Assembly: GCA_040755855.1 (NCBI GenBank)
Contig: JBFMAD010000001.1
Span: 160,001-224,000, forward strand
DNA from: Planctomycetota bacterium
Lineage (GTDB): Bacteria > Planctomycetota > Brocadiia > JAADGH01
Direction: 5' to 3'
Length of the DNA: 64,000 bases
Positions 49,909-60,754 of the stretch are shown one piece after another. The first letter of the stretch is position 1. Every line of letters starts with the position of its first letter. A program made the position numbers and the translations under genes. Under the pieces are notes generated by a model that was given only the letters and a program-made list of their open reading frames with translations, was not told where the DNA came from and did not search any database.

Positions 49909-50478
49909 ATGAAGCGGATCGCCGGATATTTTTTCAAGGGGCTTCTCGTTCTCCTACCATTGGCCGTGACCGTTTTCATCTTCTACTATGTCATTGACCG
50001 GGTTGACGCGATGATCGTGAGTCTGGTTCCCGGCCTAGACCTCCCGTTCCCCGGGGCGGGGTTGGTCATCACCTTCGTCCTGGTGACGATCATCGGCTTC
50101 CTGGCATCCAATGTCTTCACGAGCTGGATCGTTCGCATAGTGGATTGGGTGTTCAAGAGACTCCCCCTCGTGAAGCTCCTCTACACGTCGCTCAAGGATC
50201 TGATCGGCGCATTCGTCGGGGAGGAGAAAAGCTTAAGCAAACCGGTCGCCGTCTCTCTTGTCCCCAACGGGCCGAAGGTGCTGGGGTTCATCACGAACGA
50301 AAGCCTGGAGTCGTTTGGCTTGGCGGAGCACGTAGCGGTCTACGTGCCGCAGTCCTATAACTTCGCGGGCAATCTCTTGATTTTCCCGAAAGAGCAGATT
50401 TCTCTGCTCGACGCCGACAGCTCGCAGGTAATGACGTTTCTTGTCTCCGGTGGGGTGTCGGGGAAGAAGGGAAAGTAG
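49909..50478 (+). CDS. DUF502 membrane protein
   Basis: GLLVLLPLAVT, RLPLVKLLY, VYVPQSYNFAG, FLVSGG. Confidence 0.88.
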   Translation: MKRIAGYFFKGLLVLLPLAVTVFIFYYVIDRVDAMIVSLVPGLDLPFPGAGLVITFVLVTIIGFLASNVFTSWIVRIVDWVFKRLPLVKLLYTSLKDLIGAFVGEEKSLSKPVAVSLVPNGPKVLGFITNESLESFGLAEHVAVYVPQSYNFAGNLLIFPKEQISLLDADSSQVMTFLVSGGVSGKKGK

Positions 50479-50512
50479 AGCTGCGTGAAATTAAACTTGA
50501 GGAGACCCTGAC

Positions 50513-51241
50513 ATGGAGGCAAGACCTCACGGAACGATTCCGGAGCATTCGCACGAGGCAAAGATGGAATATCTGTGGCGGGAGCTGACCGCCCACTTCC
50601 CATTCACCATCTTTTTCACCACCTTCGGTATCATCATCGCAGCCATGCTGACGTACGTCAGCATGGTGGCGGGCACGTCCGAGGAGAACACAGAGCGGGC
50701 GTCGGAGATGCTCTTTCACGCCTTCCACCCGATCCACCTCCTCTTCAGCGCCATCGCCACAACCGCCATGTTCCGGCGGTACGACCGCCATATCATCCGG
50801 GCTATCCTGATCGGGTTCTTCGGGTCCATCGGTGTGTGCGGCCTGAGCGACATCTTCATGCCCTACCTCACGGGGCAGTTGCTCTCCGTCGAGCACATGC
50901 ACTTCCACTGGTGTCTCATCCGGCATCCGATGTCGGTCATTCCCTTCGTAGCCCTGGGGATTGTCGGAGGGTTGATCGCTGCGGACGCCGTGAACCGAAG
51001 CACGTTATATTCGCACTCCATGCACGTGGCGGTCAGCTCGCTCGCGTCGCTGTTCTACCTGATTTCCTTTGGTATGAGCGACTGGGTGGGTGGGAGCACG
51101 CTGCCGTACGTCTTCCTAATCCTTGTCTTGTGTATCATCATTCCATGTTGCCTGAGCGACATTGTCCTCCCGCTCCTGCTCGTCTCGCCGGTGGGGCATG
51201 CAAAGGAGGAAGCGCAGGCGGGGACGCAAGCGGAGATATAG
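50513..51241 (+). CDS. His/Cys-rich multi-pass membrane protein
   Basis: 6-7 TM helices; repeated HxxHxxxS and CxxSDIxxP motifs. Confidence 0.75.
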   Translation: MEARPHGTIPEHSHEAKMEYLWRELTAHFPFTIFFTTFGIIIAAMLTYVSMVAGTSEENTERASEMLFHAFHPIHLLFSAIATTAMFRRYDRHIIRAILIGFFGSIGVCGLSDIFMPYLTGQLLSVEHMHFHWCLIRHPMSVIPFVALGIVGGLIAADAVNRSTLYSHSMHVAVSSLASLFYLISFGMSDWVGGSTLPYVFLILVLCIIIPCCLSDIVLPLLLVSPVGHAKEEAQAGTQAEI

Positions 51242-51285
51242 GGCGCGCCTCGCCCCGATACCGTGTTGCCCCCTGTTGGTTCTAT

Positions 51286-51351
51286 GTGTGCCACGGCTTG
51301 CTTGCAACCCGTGCGTGGCCCTACACGGCTTGCAAGCAAACCGTGGCACAC
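51286..51351. repeat. REP-like inverted repeat between convergent genes
   Basis: GTGTGCCACGGCTTGCTTGCAACCCGTG ... CACGGCTTGCAAGCAAACCGTGGCACAC. Confidence 0.8.
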
Positions 51352-51365
51352 GATCCGCCCCCCGC

Positions 51366-52223
51366 TCAGGACACCAGCTTTACCTTGTAGTTCCCGCGGC
51401 TCTTGTCGTACTCGATCTCGATGCAGCCGCGCTCGGCCATGTCTTCCAAAATCTCGCCGAAATCGCGGTAGCAGTGATAGCCCTCCTGGAAGCCGGGATG
51501 GACGCGCCGGACTGCCTGCTTCACCATGGACCCCCACAGCGTGTCGTAGTCGCCCTGCAGCGAGCGAACGATCTCCAGCACTTTCATGCGGGCCTCCTCT
51601 CGTTTGTCTTCGTCGCTCTTCGTCCCGGTCGTCTCGGGCTCGGCCGCTTGTACCTCGGCGGTTTCCTTCTCAACTGCGGGCGCCTTGGCGATGCGCCTCC
51701 GGGTGGTCTTCTTGGCTCCCGTTTTCTTAGAGGACGAGCGGGGCTTCGCGGCGATCGCCCGAATGAGATCATCGTAGTAAATGAACTCGTCGCAGTTGGC
51801 CACCAGTAGTTGCGACGTCGAGATCTTGATGCCGCAGCCGATCACGCGCTTATTGTTCTCCTTCAGCTTGGAGACCAACGGCGAGAAGTCGCTGTCGCCC
51901 GATACGAGCGCGAAGGTGTCAATGTACTCCTTCGTGTGGCAGAGGTCAATGGCGTCCACGACCATTCGGATGTCGGCGGAGTTCTTCCCGCTCATCTTGC
52001 TCCGGGGAATATCCACCAGCTCGATGCCCTGCTCGTGGAACTCGCGCAAGTCGTCGCGGTAGTTGCTCCAGTCGCTGTAGGCCCGTTTGTAAACGACGCG
52101 GCCCTTTTCGAGGAGGCGCTTGAGCACCAGTTCGATCTTGAAGGTCTTTGCGTCCTTCAGGTCGCGCACGCCGATGGCCAGGTTCTCAAAGTCTATAAAC
52201 ACCGCAATCGTCGGTTCGCTCAT
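51366..52223 (-). CDS. NYN (LabA/DUF88) protein with C-terminal OST-HTH/LOTUS
   Basis: AVFIDFEN, KNSADIRMVVDA, LVSGDSDF, CDEFIYY; PGFQEGYHCYRDFGEILE. Confidence 0.9.
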   Translation of the reverse strand: MSEPTIAVFIDFENLAIGVRDLKDAKTFKIELVLKRLLEKGRVVYKRAYSDWSNYRDDLREFHEQGIELVDIPRSKMSGKNSADIRMVVDAIDLCHTKEYIDTFALVSGDSDFSPLVSKLKENNKRVIGCGIKISTSQLLVANCDEFIYYDDLIRAIAAKPRSSSKKTGAKKTTRRRIAKAPAVEKETAEVQAAEPETTGTKSDEDKREEARMKVLEIVRSLQGDYDTLWGSMVKQAVRRVHPGFQEGYHCYRDFGEILEDMAERGCIEIEYDKSRGNYKVKLVS

Positions 52224-52309
52224 GGCGACCTCCAGACTTGTTTAGGCCAGCAAAAAAGGCAGACACAAACGAGTACATGCGCCGTCGCAGGCGCCTTGCA
52301 GCAACGGTT

Positions 52310-52518
52310 GAATGACGAATGACGAAACCCGAATGACGAAAGAATGCCGAATACCCAATGCCTAATGTGTCAGGGGCTGCGGGGGCTAAGAATCGAAGGG
52401 CCGCATAGCCGAGGGTTTCCTGATCTTCAACCCTTGGACCCTTCGACTCTTCGACCTTTTTTGTTTGGCCTTTGGGCTTCGTCATTCCTTCGTCATTCGT
52501 CATTCGACATTCGTCATT

Positions 52519-52519
<1 letters not shown>
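52310..52519. repeat. nested inverted heptamer/octamer repeat element
   Basis: Left arm (GAATGAC)n 52310-52366; right arm (TCGTCAT)n 52465-52519; inner (CTTCGACC)-like octamers. Confidence 0.8.
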
Positions 52520-53580
<1,061 letters not shown>

Positions 53581-55527
53581 TTATGGTCGTGTCGGCGTGG
53601 ATTTCTTGTCGGGGTACTTGATGGCGCCCGTCAGGGGCGGGTCGGGGTTGTGCTGGACCTCCCTTGCCGTGCGGTACAACTGCTCCGCATCCTCCGAGGG
53701 AACGGCGAAGATGATGACCGCCGGCTCCTCGCCCTCCCGCCAGGTCCCCGGGGCAATCGGCGCAACAATACGCCGGGTGATCTCGCCATAAAGCCGATCC
53801 TCAACCTTGCGGAACCCGGGCGTGAAATCATCAGGGCAGATCACCCCCGCCGAGGGCGACGCGCCCACCCAGCCGCCGATGGAGCCGTAGCACCGCGGCG
53901 CCGTCCCGATGCTCTTCGGTTGCAGAATGTGGTAGTAGCCCCGCAGCTCGAACTTTACCGTATCGCTGTTCTTGACCTGCACCAGCCGACTCTCGAACCA
54001 CGACCGGCCCGGACGAAGCGTGACGCGGTACGTCGCCTCAAACTTGCGCATTGCCTCCTCGCTCACCGTCCGTTCGAGCGTGACATCCACCACACACTCC
54101 GACGCCGTCTGCGCCTTCACGTCCACGCCCTTCACGGCGGTAGGGTAGGCCGAGCCGACGCCGGACCCCTTATACCCCATGCCTTGCTTTTCGAACATGG
54201 CAATCGCCCCGCCGAGCCGCCCGGCAAAATGTCCGTTGTGAAATATGGAAAGGTATGTTGGCCCTGGTTTCTCGAAGCACAGCTTTATCACCCCGTTGTC
54301 GGCCCAAAACACAGGCTCAGTTCGCAGCATATCGCTGCGAATCTCTTCCTCCGATTTCACCCGCCGGGAGATCCCGACCTCATCCATCTTTCCGATGAAT
54401 CGGTGCTGAGGAGTGTCCTGGCAGAGGGCCACCGCCCCGGAGAACGACTCAAAGTCATCAACGGCCTCCGCGTCGAGCTGGCCGTTGATGTATATCTTCG
54501 ATGTGTTCGTGGCGTCGTCGTGCGTTACGGCGACATGGGTCCACTCATCAAAGGGGATAGGCGTCTTTGAAAAAAGAACTCGCTTCCAGTCCCGGGGGCG
54601 GAGCAATACGAAGCGCTGCTTCTCCTGCGTGTCGCCGATGCGGAAGCTCCAGTTGTCCCCACGGATAATGACCTCACCGTGCCCTTGCACCTCGGCTTGT
54701 TTCTGTCGGTACAGCCAAAGCTCGACCGTCATGCTGTCGCCGATGTCGAGCCGCCCAATGGAGGCATTTCCCTGCGGTCCGGTGAACTCGATCGCCCCGC
54801 CGAACTTGCCGTCCGCCGTGGGTCTCGCATCCTTCCCGTTCAGCCGCCCCTTCACATGATGGGGCGACACGCCCGCAAACTCACCGTTCACCACGTCGTC
54901 GAAGGATTGCCACGCGACCACCCCCGGCGCCCGCGCCCAGGGCGGCGACAAGCCCGCCTCGGCCTCTGTTGCCCGCCGGATGTAAAGGTCGTCCCACCAG
55001 ACGGTCCCCTCGCTCTTCGGAAACTCCAAGAAAAAGGTGACATGATGGGTCTTCGGCGGCGTACGAAAGCGGCCCTTGTACTCCTGCCAGTCATGCGTTC
55101 CCCTCGCAATAGCGGCCTGGACATTAAACAACTTCATCTCGTGGGCGCTTGTCCCGGCGGGAAAGCCGAAGATCAGCAGGAATGCGCCGAGCTCCCCCTC
55201 CACCTTCTCCGCCTTGATCCACCCGCCGAAGATGTAGTCCGTCTCCGGCTGGACCGCGATGTCGTTCTGATACCAGTAGGTAAACACATCGTCCATCGGT
55301 CGGACCATCTTGAACGACCGCATGCCGCCGTGCTTTATCTCCGTATCGTAGGTCCCGAAGGCGGGCCACCGCTTTGCGCTGCTGTTAGGTTCCCAGTGCG
55401 GAGGCGGCATGGCCCCATCCTCGAAACCGGGATTCTGGATCAGGTTCTCCTCGGCCCTTGCGCCCGCCGCGGAGCAGGCGACGAAGCCGAGCATGAGCAC
55501 ACAGTGAACGGCTCGACGCACCATCAT
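53581..55527 (-). CDS. secreted CBM-like + LamG/ConA domain protein
   Basis: Signal peptide, NLIQNPGFEDG, MTVELW, WTHVAVTHD...IYINGQL, GKMDEV. Confidence 0.75.
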   Translation of the reverse strand: MMVRRAVHCVLMLGFVACSAAGARAEENLIQNPGFEDGAMPPPHWEPNSSAKRWPAFGTYDTEIKHGGMRSFKMVRPMDDVFTYWYQNDIAVQPETDYIFGGWIKAEKVEGELGAFLLIFGFPAGTSAHEMKLFNVQAAIARGTHDWQEYKGRFRTPPKTHHVTFFLEFPKSEGTVWWDDLYIRRATEAEAGLSPPWARAPGVVAWQSFDDVVNGEFAGVSPHHVKGRLNGKDARPTADGKFGGAIEFTGPQGNASIGRLDIGDSMTVELWLYRQKQAEVQGHGEVIIRGDNWSFRIGDTQEKQRFVLLRPRDWKRVLFSKTPIPFDEWTHVAVTHDDATNTSKIYINGQLDAEAVDDFESFSGAVALCQDTPQHRFIGKMDEVGISRRVKSEEEIRSDMLRTEPVFWADNGVIKLCFEKPGPTYLSIFHNGHFAGRLGGAIAMFEKQGMGYKGSGVGSAYPTAVKGVDVKAQTASECVVDVTLERTVSEEAMRKFEATYRVTLRPGRSWFESRLVQVKNSDTVKFELRGYYHILQPKSIGTAPRCYGSIGGWVGASPSAGVICPDDFTPGFRKVEDRLYGEITRRIVAPIAPGTWREGEEPAVIIFAVPSEDAEQLYRTAREVQHNPDPPLTGAIKYPDKKSTPTRP

Positions 55528-55662
55528 CTCCTTCTTCGGATTTCCGAAAATACTATACCGGCTTCAGGGCGTGAAAACAAGCAACGTCTTGATCCCTGGC
55601 GGGAGGTGTGGTACTGTGCAGCCAAACGGTAGGACAAGACATGGTTTCTTGGAGGGAAGAAG

Positions 55663-55743
55663 ATGGGAAAGGCAGCAACTGATCCGTCCCATCTCGACAC
55701 CTACTACTTCGGGTTTAGGGTATCGCTGTCCGTCAGGCCGTAG
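55663..55743 (+). other. 26-codon ORF resembling a CLec/FGE (DGR variable-region) C-terminus
   Basis: MGKAATDPSHLDTYYFGFRVSLSVRP; NNC codon run before GFR; followed by TTACCATTTTACCATTT. Confidence 0.35.
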
Positions 55744-55762
55744 TTACCATTTTACCATTTGA

Positions 55763-55945
55763 GGGGGGTATAGGGCGAACCCGGGGCAGGTGTTGGCGTC
55801 CCGCAAGGGGAGGAAGATTTACCAGACCAAGATCGCAGGGGGAAGGATGTTGTTGCGCGTGGTTGTGAAAGAGGATGCGCAAGTGTATCATGTCGTTACC
55901 GTTTACAAGACAAACAAGGTCGCCAAGTATTGGAGACAGCCATGA
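55763..55945 (+). pseudogene. 5'-truncated DUF4258 toxin-like gene
   Basis: ANPGQVLASRKGRKIYQTK...LLRVVV...VVTVYKTNKVAKYW; in-frame TGA at 55760, N-terminal HA..R motif missing; ATGA overlap with DUF2283. Confidence 0.65.
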
Positions 55946-56190
55946 AAGTTATTTATGACAGAGAGACGGACACGCTCACCATAATCCTGCAAGGGGGCAA
56001 GGTTGCTGAGAGCGATGAGGTGCGGGAAGGACTGATTCTGGACTACGATAAGAAGGGGCGCCTTGTTTCTCTGGAATTGCTCGACGCCTCTGAGCAGATC
56101 AGAGAGCCTGAATCGGTCGAGTTCGCTCTTGCGGCAAAGCCGTCGCTGGCGATGGTTTGCGAAAGACCCGCGAGGGCATACCGAAGCTAA
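55942..56190 (+). CDS. DUF2283 protein
   Basis: MKVIYDRETDTLTI...ESDE...ILDYDKKGRLVSLELLDAS. Confidence 0.9.
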   Translation: MKVIYDRETDTLTIILQGGKVAESDEVREGLILDYDKKGRLVSLELLDASEQIREPESVEFALAAKPSLAMVCERPARAYRS

Positions 56191-56230
56191 AGGCAATAGG
56201 GTCGGCTCGACGGACCGAATAGCGCCGTGC

Positions 56231-56280
56231 CCTGCCTGCGACTGGTAGGCGCGCCTTGCGCGTCGAACGCCGCAGGCAGG
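56231..56280. repeat. inverted repeat between convergent genes
   Basis: CCTGCCTGCG-30nt-CGCAGGCAGG. Confidence 0.6.
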
Positions 56281-56286
56281 TATCAC

Positions 56287-59181
56287 CTATCGGGCTGGGA
56301 TGCGAAGCAGCGACACAGAGCACTGCGGCAGGTCGTATGCAAATGTTCCGCCGACGGGAATGTTCTTCCTCTCCGCGCTCAGGCTCGGCATCCCCTTGCC
56401 CATGGCATCGGGATCATGGAGGACAAACATCTCCCCCTGCGGGCGGGGGGCAAAATCCCGAAGCGCCACGTTCACCTTTATTGTCTGCTTCAGATCCTTG
56501 TTGACGGCAAGGAGCGTCAGAAAGCGCCGACCGTCCTTCTCCCCCAGGAGCGCGACCGCATCAACGGTCGGCGCACCCCGCAGCGGCACATACTGCAAGC
56601 CTGCGTCTTTCGTCTCGTAGGTCGGGCAGGCAACCCTCGTCCGGACCGGCCGATCGCCCGCGTGGTTGGCATAGAGATTGAACACCTCGTAGCGCGGCCC
56701 CAACTGCCCCGCGCGGCGGAGGTGGATATCAAATGGGGCAAACTCCGTGACGTGGCAGATCGGCACGAGGTCGCCAGCGCGCATCCAGACGTGCGCCATC
56801 TGCGCAAACCAGAGCAGATGCACTGCGCGGTCCAGCCGCTGCGACTCAAATTGCTTCCACTGGAGATTGTATTCCGTGACGGCGATCTGCGGCTTTGCGA
56901 TTCCGTCGGACCGCATCCGGTCGGCCATGTCACGGACGGTCTGCTCGTAGTAATACGGGTGGGCCAGAACCGTTCGAAAGCCCTCCTCCGGATTGGATGA
57001 AAGGCGCTTCGGCAAAGGCTGGATATAGGTGTGGAAGGTCATCACATCAATCGCGCCGCCGGCGATTTGGCAGAGGGTCCGGTTCCAGTCACGCCCCACT
57101 TCATGGAAGGGCGAGTGGCCGCAGGCCACGATGCGGATGCGCCCGTCGCGGGCGCGCATGGCCTTGGCAAACCGAAGGAGACCCTCGGCGTACTCATCCG
57201 GCGGGCAGTGGCCGATCTGCCAAAAGCCCCAGACCTCGTTGCCGATGTCCCAGTCAATGACATTGTAGGGCTGTGGGTGTCCGTTCTGCGCGCGCAGCTT
57301 TCCCATGGGGGTGTCGGGTGCGCCGTTGCAGTACTCCACCCACTCGGCGGCCTCCTCGGGCGAACCGCTCCCGAAGTTGGCGCACATCATGACCTTCAAT
57401 CCGGTTAATTCGCAAAAGCGAAGAATTTCGTCCGTGCCCACCTCGTTGCATTCAAGTCCGTCCCAGGCTACGTTCAGGCGGGTGGGGCGCTTCTCGCGCG
57501 GGCCAATGCCGTCGCGCCAGTGGTAGCCGGACGCAAAGTTGCCGCCGGGGTAGCGGATATGGCCGGGCTTGAGTTGCCGGAAGATCTCGATCACCTCCGG
57601 GCAGAGACCGTGAATGTTGTCGGCCGGGAGGAGGGTGGCGTAATCTATCCACATCGGCCCGCCCTTCTCGATGGTCAATGCAAAGAGGAAGCGAATGATC
57701 TTCGGGTCGAGGCCCGTCGGCATCTCGATCCGCGCCTCGTATTTCTTCCACGCCTTTCCATCCACCGTCACTGTCGCGGAGGCGAGGATGCGCTCCGTGT
57801 CGCGGATGGATGCCGTCACAGTCGTCGGCGAATCGGCCCGTGCATAGAACGCGACGTCGTATCTGCGCTCGCGGTGGATCGGAAGCTGCACCATCTGGCC
57901 GAGGCCGACCTCGCCGCCGCGGGCGGTGAGCCTCTGGCACTGCTCCGAGTTGAAGGCGTCGCCGTCGAGACAGACGCCCGCGATATCGCCAACCACTGTC
58001 CAGGGGGGCGCGGCGGCCTGGGCGCATTCGGGGGTCTTGTATGTCGGGCTCCAGCGCGCCAGGAGCTCCGCCGTGCGTCCGGGGAGGTAGCGCTGCCCTA
58101 CCGGTGAGGAGTATCGCGGATGCCCCGGTTCGAAGCTCGGGTTCAGAAGCGCCTGGGCGTAGAGGAAGCGCGACATGGGCCAGCCTGTGCCGAGGTGCTC
58201 GCTGAACTGGCCAAAGATGAACGGGCTGACGCGGAACCCCGTCGGCTGCCCGGCCATTACCTCGATGCGAACATCCGCTCCCTGGACATACGTGGTAGGG
58301 GAGGGGGCCTCCGAGACATTGAAACCCGACGGCCGCTCCGAGAGGCGCAAGGTCGCTTCGCTTCTCGATTTCTTCCCAGGGGGCGAGCCGGGGCTAGGCG
58401 CGCTCTCGGCGTCAAATCGCTTTTGAGAAAATTTTTCGGCGGACGAAAGCAGCTCGACGTCGGCAAGACCGCTTGGGTCGTGAGGGTTCTCGCGCGATCC
58501 GGCCCAGAAGAGCGCGCCCCCGCCCGCTCCCCCCACGGCCCAGTCGAGGGCCAAGGCGGACGGTTCGTCAGCCTTCGGCTCGAACGTTTTGCCGCCGGTG
58601 AGGGGGAAGGTCGCCCACGGAAATCGCGCCTCGATGTTGATGTGATCGCCCTCTATCTTCATGGCGGCGAAGACGCGCGTGCGATTCACGCCCGTCCAAC
58701 CGAGTTCCTTCCAGAGCATCCGTCCGGCGGCCGGGTCGTCCGTCTCGGCCAGCCATGTGCCCGTCTTTGCTTCTTCACGCAGGGCGTCCTCGTCGGCCTT
58801 CGGGGGCATGGGCGAGAGACGGATGTGATAGACGCCCCTGCGATAGACGTCGTTGCGTTCCGCCTTGGGCCGGAGGTCGAGATAGAGGTCCAGCCAGGCG
58901 ATGCCGTTCTTTCCCTTGCTCGGTCGGGGCGCCTGGCAGGCAATAGTGAGATTCCCCGCGTCCCAGGCGGTCCACAGTCTGATCGCCGGTTGCTTCAGCG
59001 CAAGGGGCGTCTCGCCCTGCCATTCGTCCAATCGCCCATCCATCCTGCGCGGCGATGAGACAGGAAAACACTGGATGGATTTCCTTTGCGCGAAGGCGTC
59101 GGCGCCGGTCGTAAGAGCGAGAAGAACCAGCAGAAGCCCCACATTGAAAATTGATATGTCTTCGATGGCGATCGCCTTCAT
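56287..59181 (-). CDS. GH51 alpha-L-arabinofuranosidase with N-terminal CBM9-like domain
   Basis: FGQFSEHLG, RYPGGNFASGYHW, GTDE, WDIGNEVWG, IAVTEYN; DGRLDEW CBM9-like start. Confidence 0.88.
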   Translation of the reverse strand: MKAIAIEDISIFNVGLLLVLLALTTGADAFAQRKSIQCFPVSSPRRMDGRLDEWQGETPLALKQPAIRLWTAWDAGNLTIACQAPRPSKGKNGIAWLDLYLDLRPKAERNDVYRRGVYHIRLSPMPPKADEDALREEAKTGTWLAETDDPAAGRMLWKELGWTGVNRTRVFAAMKIEGDHINIEARFPWATFPLTGGKTFEPKADEPSALALDWAVGGAGGGALFWAGSRENPHDPSGLADVELLSSAEKFSQKRFDAESAPSPGSPPGKKSRSEATLRLSERPSGFNVSEAPSPTTYVQGADVRIEVMAGQPTGFRVSPFIFGQFSEHLGTGWPMSRFLYAQALLNPSFEPGHPRYSSPVGQRYLPGRTAELLARWSPTYKTPECAQAAAPPWTVVGDIAGVCLDGDAFNSEQCQRLTARGGEVGLGQMVQLPIHRERRYDVAFYARADSPTTVTASIRDTERILASATVTVDGKAWKKYEARIEMPTGLDPKIIRFLFALTIEKGGPMWIDYATLLPADNIHGLCPEVIEIFRQLKPGHIRYPGGNFASGYHWRDGIGPREKRPTRLNVAWDGLECNEVGTDEILRFCELTGLKVMMCANFGSGSPEEAAEWVEYCNGAPDTPMGKLRAQNGHPQPYNVIDWDIGNEVWGFWQIGHCPPDEYAEGLLRFAKAMRARDGRIRIVACGHSPFHEVGRDWNRTLCQIAGGAIDVMTFHTYIQPLPKRLSSNPEEGFRTVLAHPYYYEQTVRDMADRMRSDGIAKPQIAVTEYNLQWKQFESQRLDRAVHLLWFAQMAHVWMRAGDLVPICHVTEFAPFDIHLRRAGQLGPRYEVFNLYANHAGDRPVRTRVACPTYETKDAGLQYVPLRGAPTVDAVALLGEKDGRRFLTLLAVNKDLKQTIKVNVALRDFAPRPQGEMFVLHDPDAMGKGMPSLSAERKNIPVGGTFAYDLPQCSVSLLRIPAR

Positions 59182-59204
59182 GCCATGCGCCTTCAGAGCA
59201 CCCG

Positions 59205-59669
59205 TTACCGTTGCCGCCGGTACTTCCCCATCAGCTCGCCCTGGGCGAGGACATGGCCCTTCATCGCGGCGAGGAGCTGCGCCTTCGTCGCGCCCGATTC
59301 GAGATCGAGCATCGCGTCGAGGGCGTAGATGCGGAAGTAGTAGCGATGCGTCCCGCTCGGCGGGCAGGGACCGCCGTACTCGATCCGGCCGAAGTCCGTC
59401 TCGCCCTGGCGCGCGCCACTCGACAACTCGGGACCGGGCGGAACGTTCTCGGGCAGGCCGGTCGTCTTCGGCGGAATGTTGAAGATGACCCAGTGCACCC
59501 ATGTCCCGACGGGCGCGTCGGGGTCGTCGGAGATAAGGGCGATGGACTTCGTTCCCTCGGGCGCGCCCGTCCACGCCAGCGGCGGCGAGACGTCCGACCC
59601 GTCGCAGGTATATTTCTTCGGGATCATGCCGCCTTCCTCGAACGCCGTGCTCGTGATTTTGATCTCCAT
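59205..59669 (-). CDS. YbhB/YbcL (PEBP/RKIP) family protein
   Basis: IPKKYTCDG.DVSPPL, DDPDAP, WVHWV, YGGPCPPSGTHRY. Confidence 0.95.
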   Translation of the reverse strand: MEIKITSTAFEEGGMIPKKYTCDGSDVSPPLAWTGAPEGTKSIALISDDPDAPVGTWVHWVIFNIPPKTTGLPENVPPGPELSSGARQGETDFGRIEYGGPCPPSGTHRYYFRIYALDAMLDLESGATKAQLLAAMKGHVLAQGELMGKYRRQR

Positions 59670-59770
59670 CTCGGCTCCCTCCTTCCTCAAAAGGTATCAT
59701 GCCGATATTGTTATGGTAGAACGAACGCCGGCAGAGTGCAAGGGATTATTCCTCACCCGCGCTTTGCGAA

Positions 59771-59799
59771 TTGACACGCTTGCCTTGAGAACGTAAAGT
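59771..59799 (+). promoter_or_regulatory. sigma70 promoter
   Basis: TTGACA-17nt-TAAAGT upstream of MBL gene (AGGAG RBS). Confidence 0.55.
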
Positions 59800-59832
59800 G
59801 AACCCACAACCTTTTACAGAGGAGATTTTTCA

Positions 59833-60693
59833 ATGGCCACACTTACCCTCCTGGGCACGGGAACGCCGACGCCGACCCCGTCGCAGTTCGGCACATCCTA
59901 TGTCTTGAACATAGGCAACGACTACCTCATGTTCGACTGCGGACCGGCCACGACGCACAAGCTCGTCAAGGCCGGCCTCTTCCCGACGCAGATTGACTTC
60001 CTCTTCTTCACCCACCATCACTTCGACCACAACGCCGACTACCCGTGCTTCCTCCTCTGCCGGTGGGACCAGAGCCGCGGGCAGCAGAACGAACTCCGCG
60101 TCTTCGGTCCCGAACCGACAAGGCGCATGACCGAACAACTTATCGGTCCCGACGGCGCATTCGCCTGCGACTGGAAGGCCCGCGTCGGGGCGCCGGTGAG
60201 CCAGTGCGTCCATGCCAACCGCGGCGGTTCCCTGCCCCGGCCGGAGCCGTCGCTGACGGTGAAGGACATCGGACCCGGCGAGGTGACGAGGCACGCCGAC
60301 TGGTCCGTCCGGGCGGCAGCGGCCCAGCATGTCGAGCCGTGGCTCATATCGCTCGCCTACCGGGTGGATGCGAAGGACGGGAGCATCTGCTTCGCCGGGG
60401 ATACGGCCCCGTGCGATCCGGTGGCAGAGCTGGCGAAGGGCGCAGACGTGCTCGTGGTGAATTGCTGGGACACCCAGGCGGCGATGGACGCCAACGGCGA
60501 GGCCCCCGGCCAGACCGGGACGACGGGCGCGGCGACTATGGCGAGGGAAGCGGGGGTCGGAAAGCTGATCCTCACGCACACCGGCCCGCGCCTGAACCGC
60601 CCCGGCGGGCGCGAGGGGGCGGTGGCCGAGATTGCTCGGGGCTTCAACGGCGAGATCGTCTTCGGGCAGGAGCTGATGACACTCCCTCTCTGA
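59833..60693 (+). CDS. MBL-fold hydrolase (RNase Z/AtsA-like)
   Basis: LLGTGTP, FDCG, THHHFDH, FAGDT, LILTH. Confidence 0.88.
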   Translation: MATLTLLGTGTPTPTPSQFGTSYVLNIGNDYLMFDCGPATTHKLVKAGLFPTQIDFLFFTHHHFDHNADYPCFLLCRWDQSRGQQNELRVFGPEPTRRMTEQLIGPDGAFACDWKARVGAPVSQCVHANRGGSLPRPEPSLTVKDIGPGEVTRHADWSVRAAAAQHVEPWLISLAYRVDAKDGSICFAGDTAPCDPVAELAKGADVLVVNCWDTQAAMDANGEAPGQTGTTGAATMAREAGVGKLILTHTGPRLNRPGGREGAVAEIARGFNGEIVFGQELMTLPL

Positions 60694-60754
60694 ATTCTGC
60701 TCTTGGGTTGCGGGTGAAGGCCGCGTCGGGTATAATGCGTTGTAGAAGGAGAGG

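Noticed and set aside
59182..59700. ORF-track 5' extension of GH51 to 1137 aa
   Set aside because: It overlaps the clear YbhB gene in another frame; the signal peptide begins after M at 59181.
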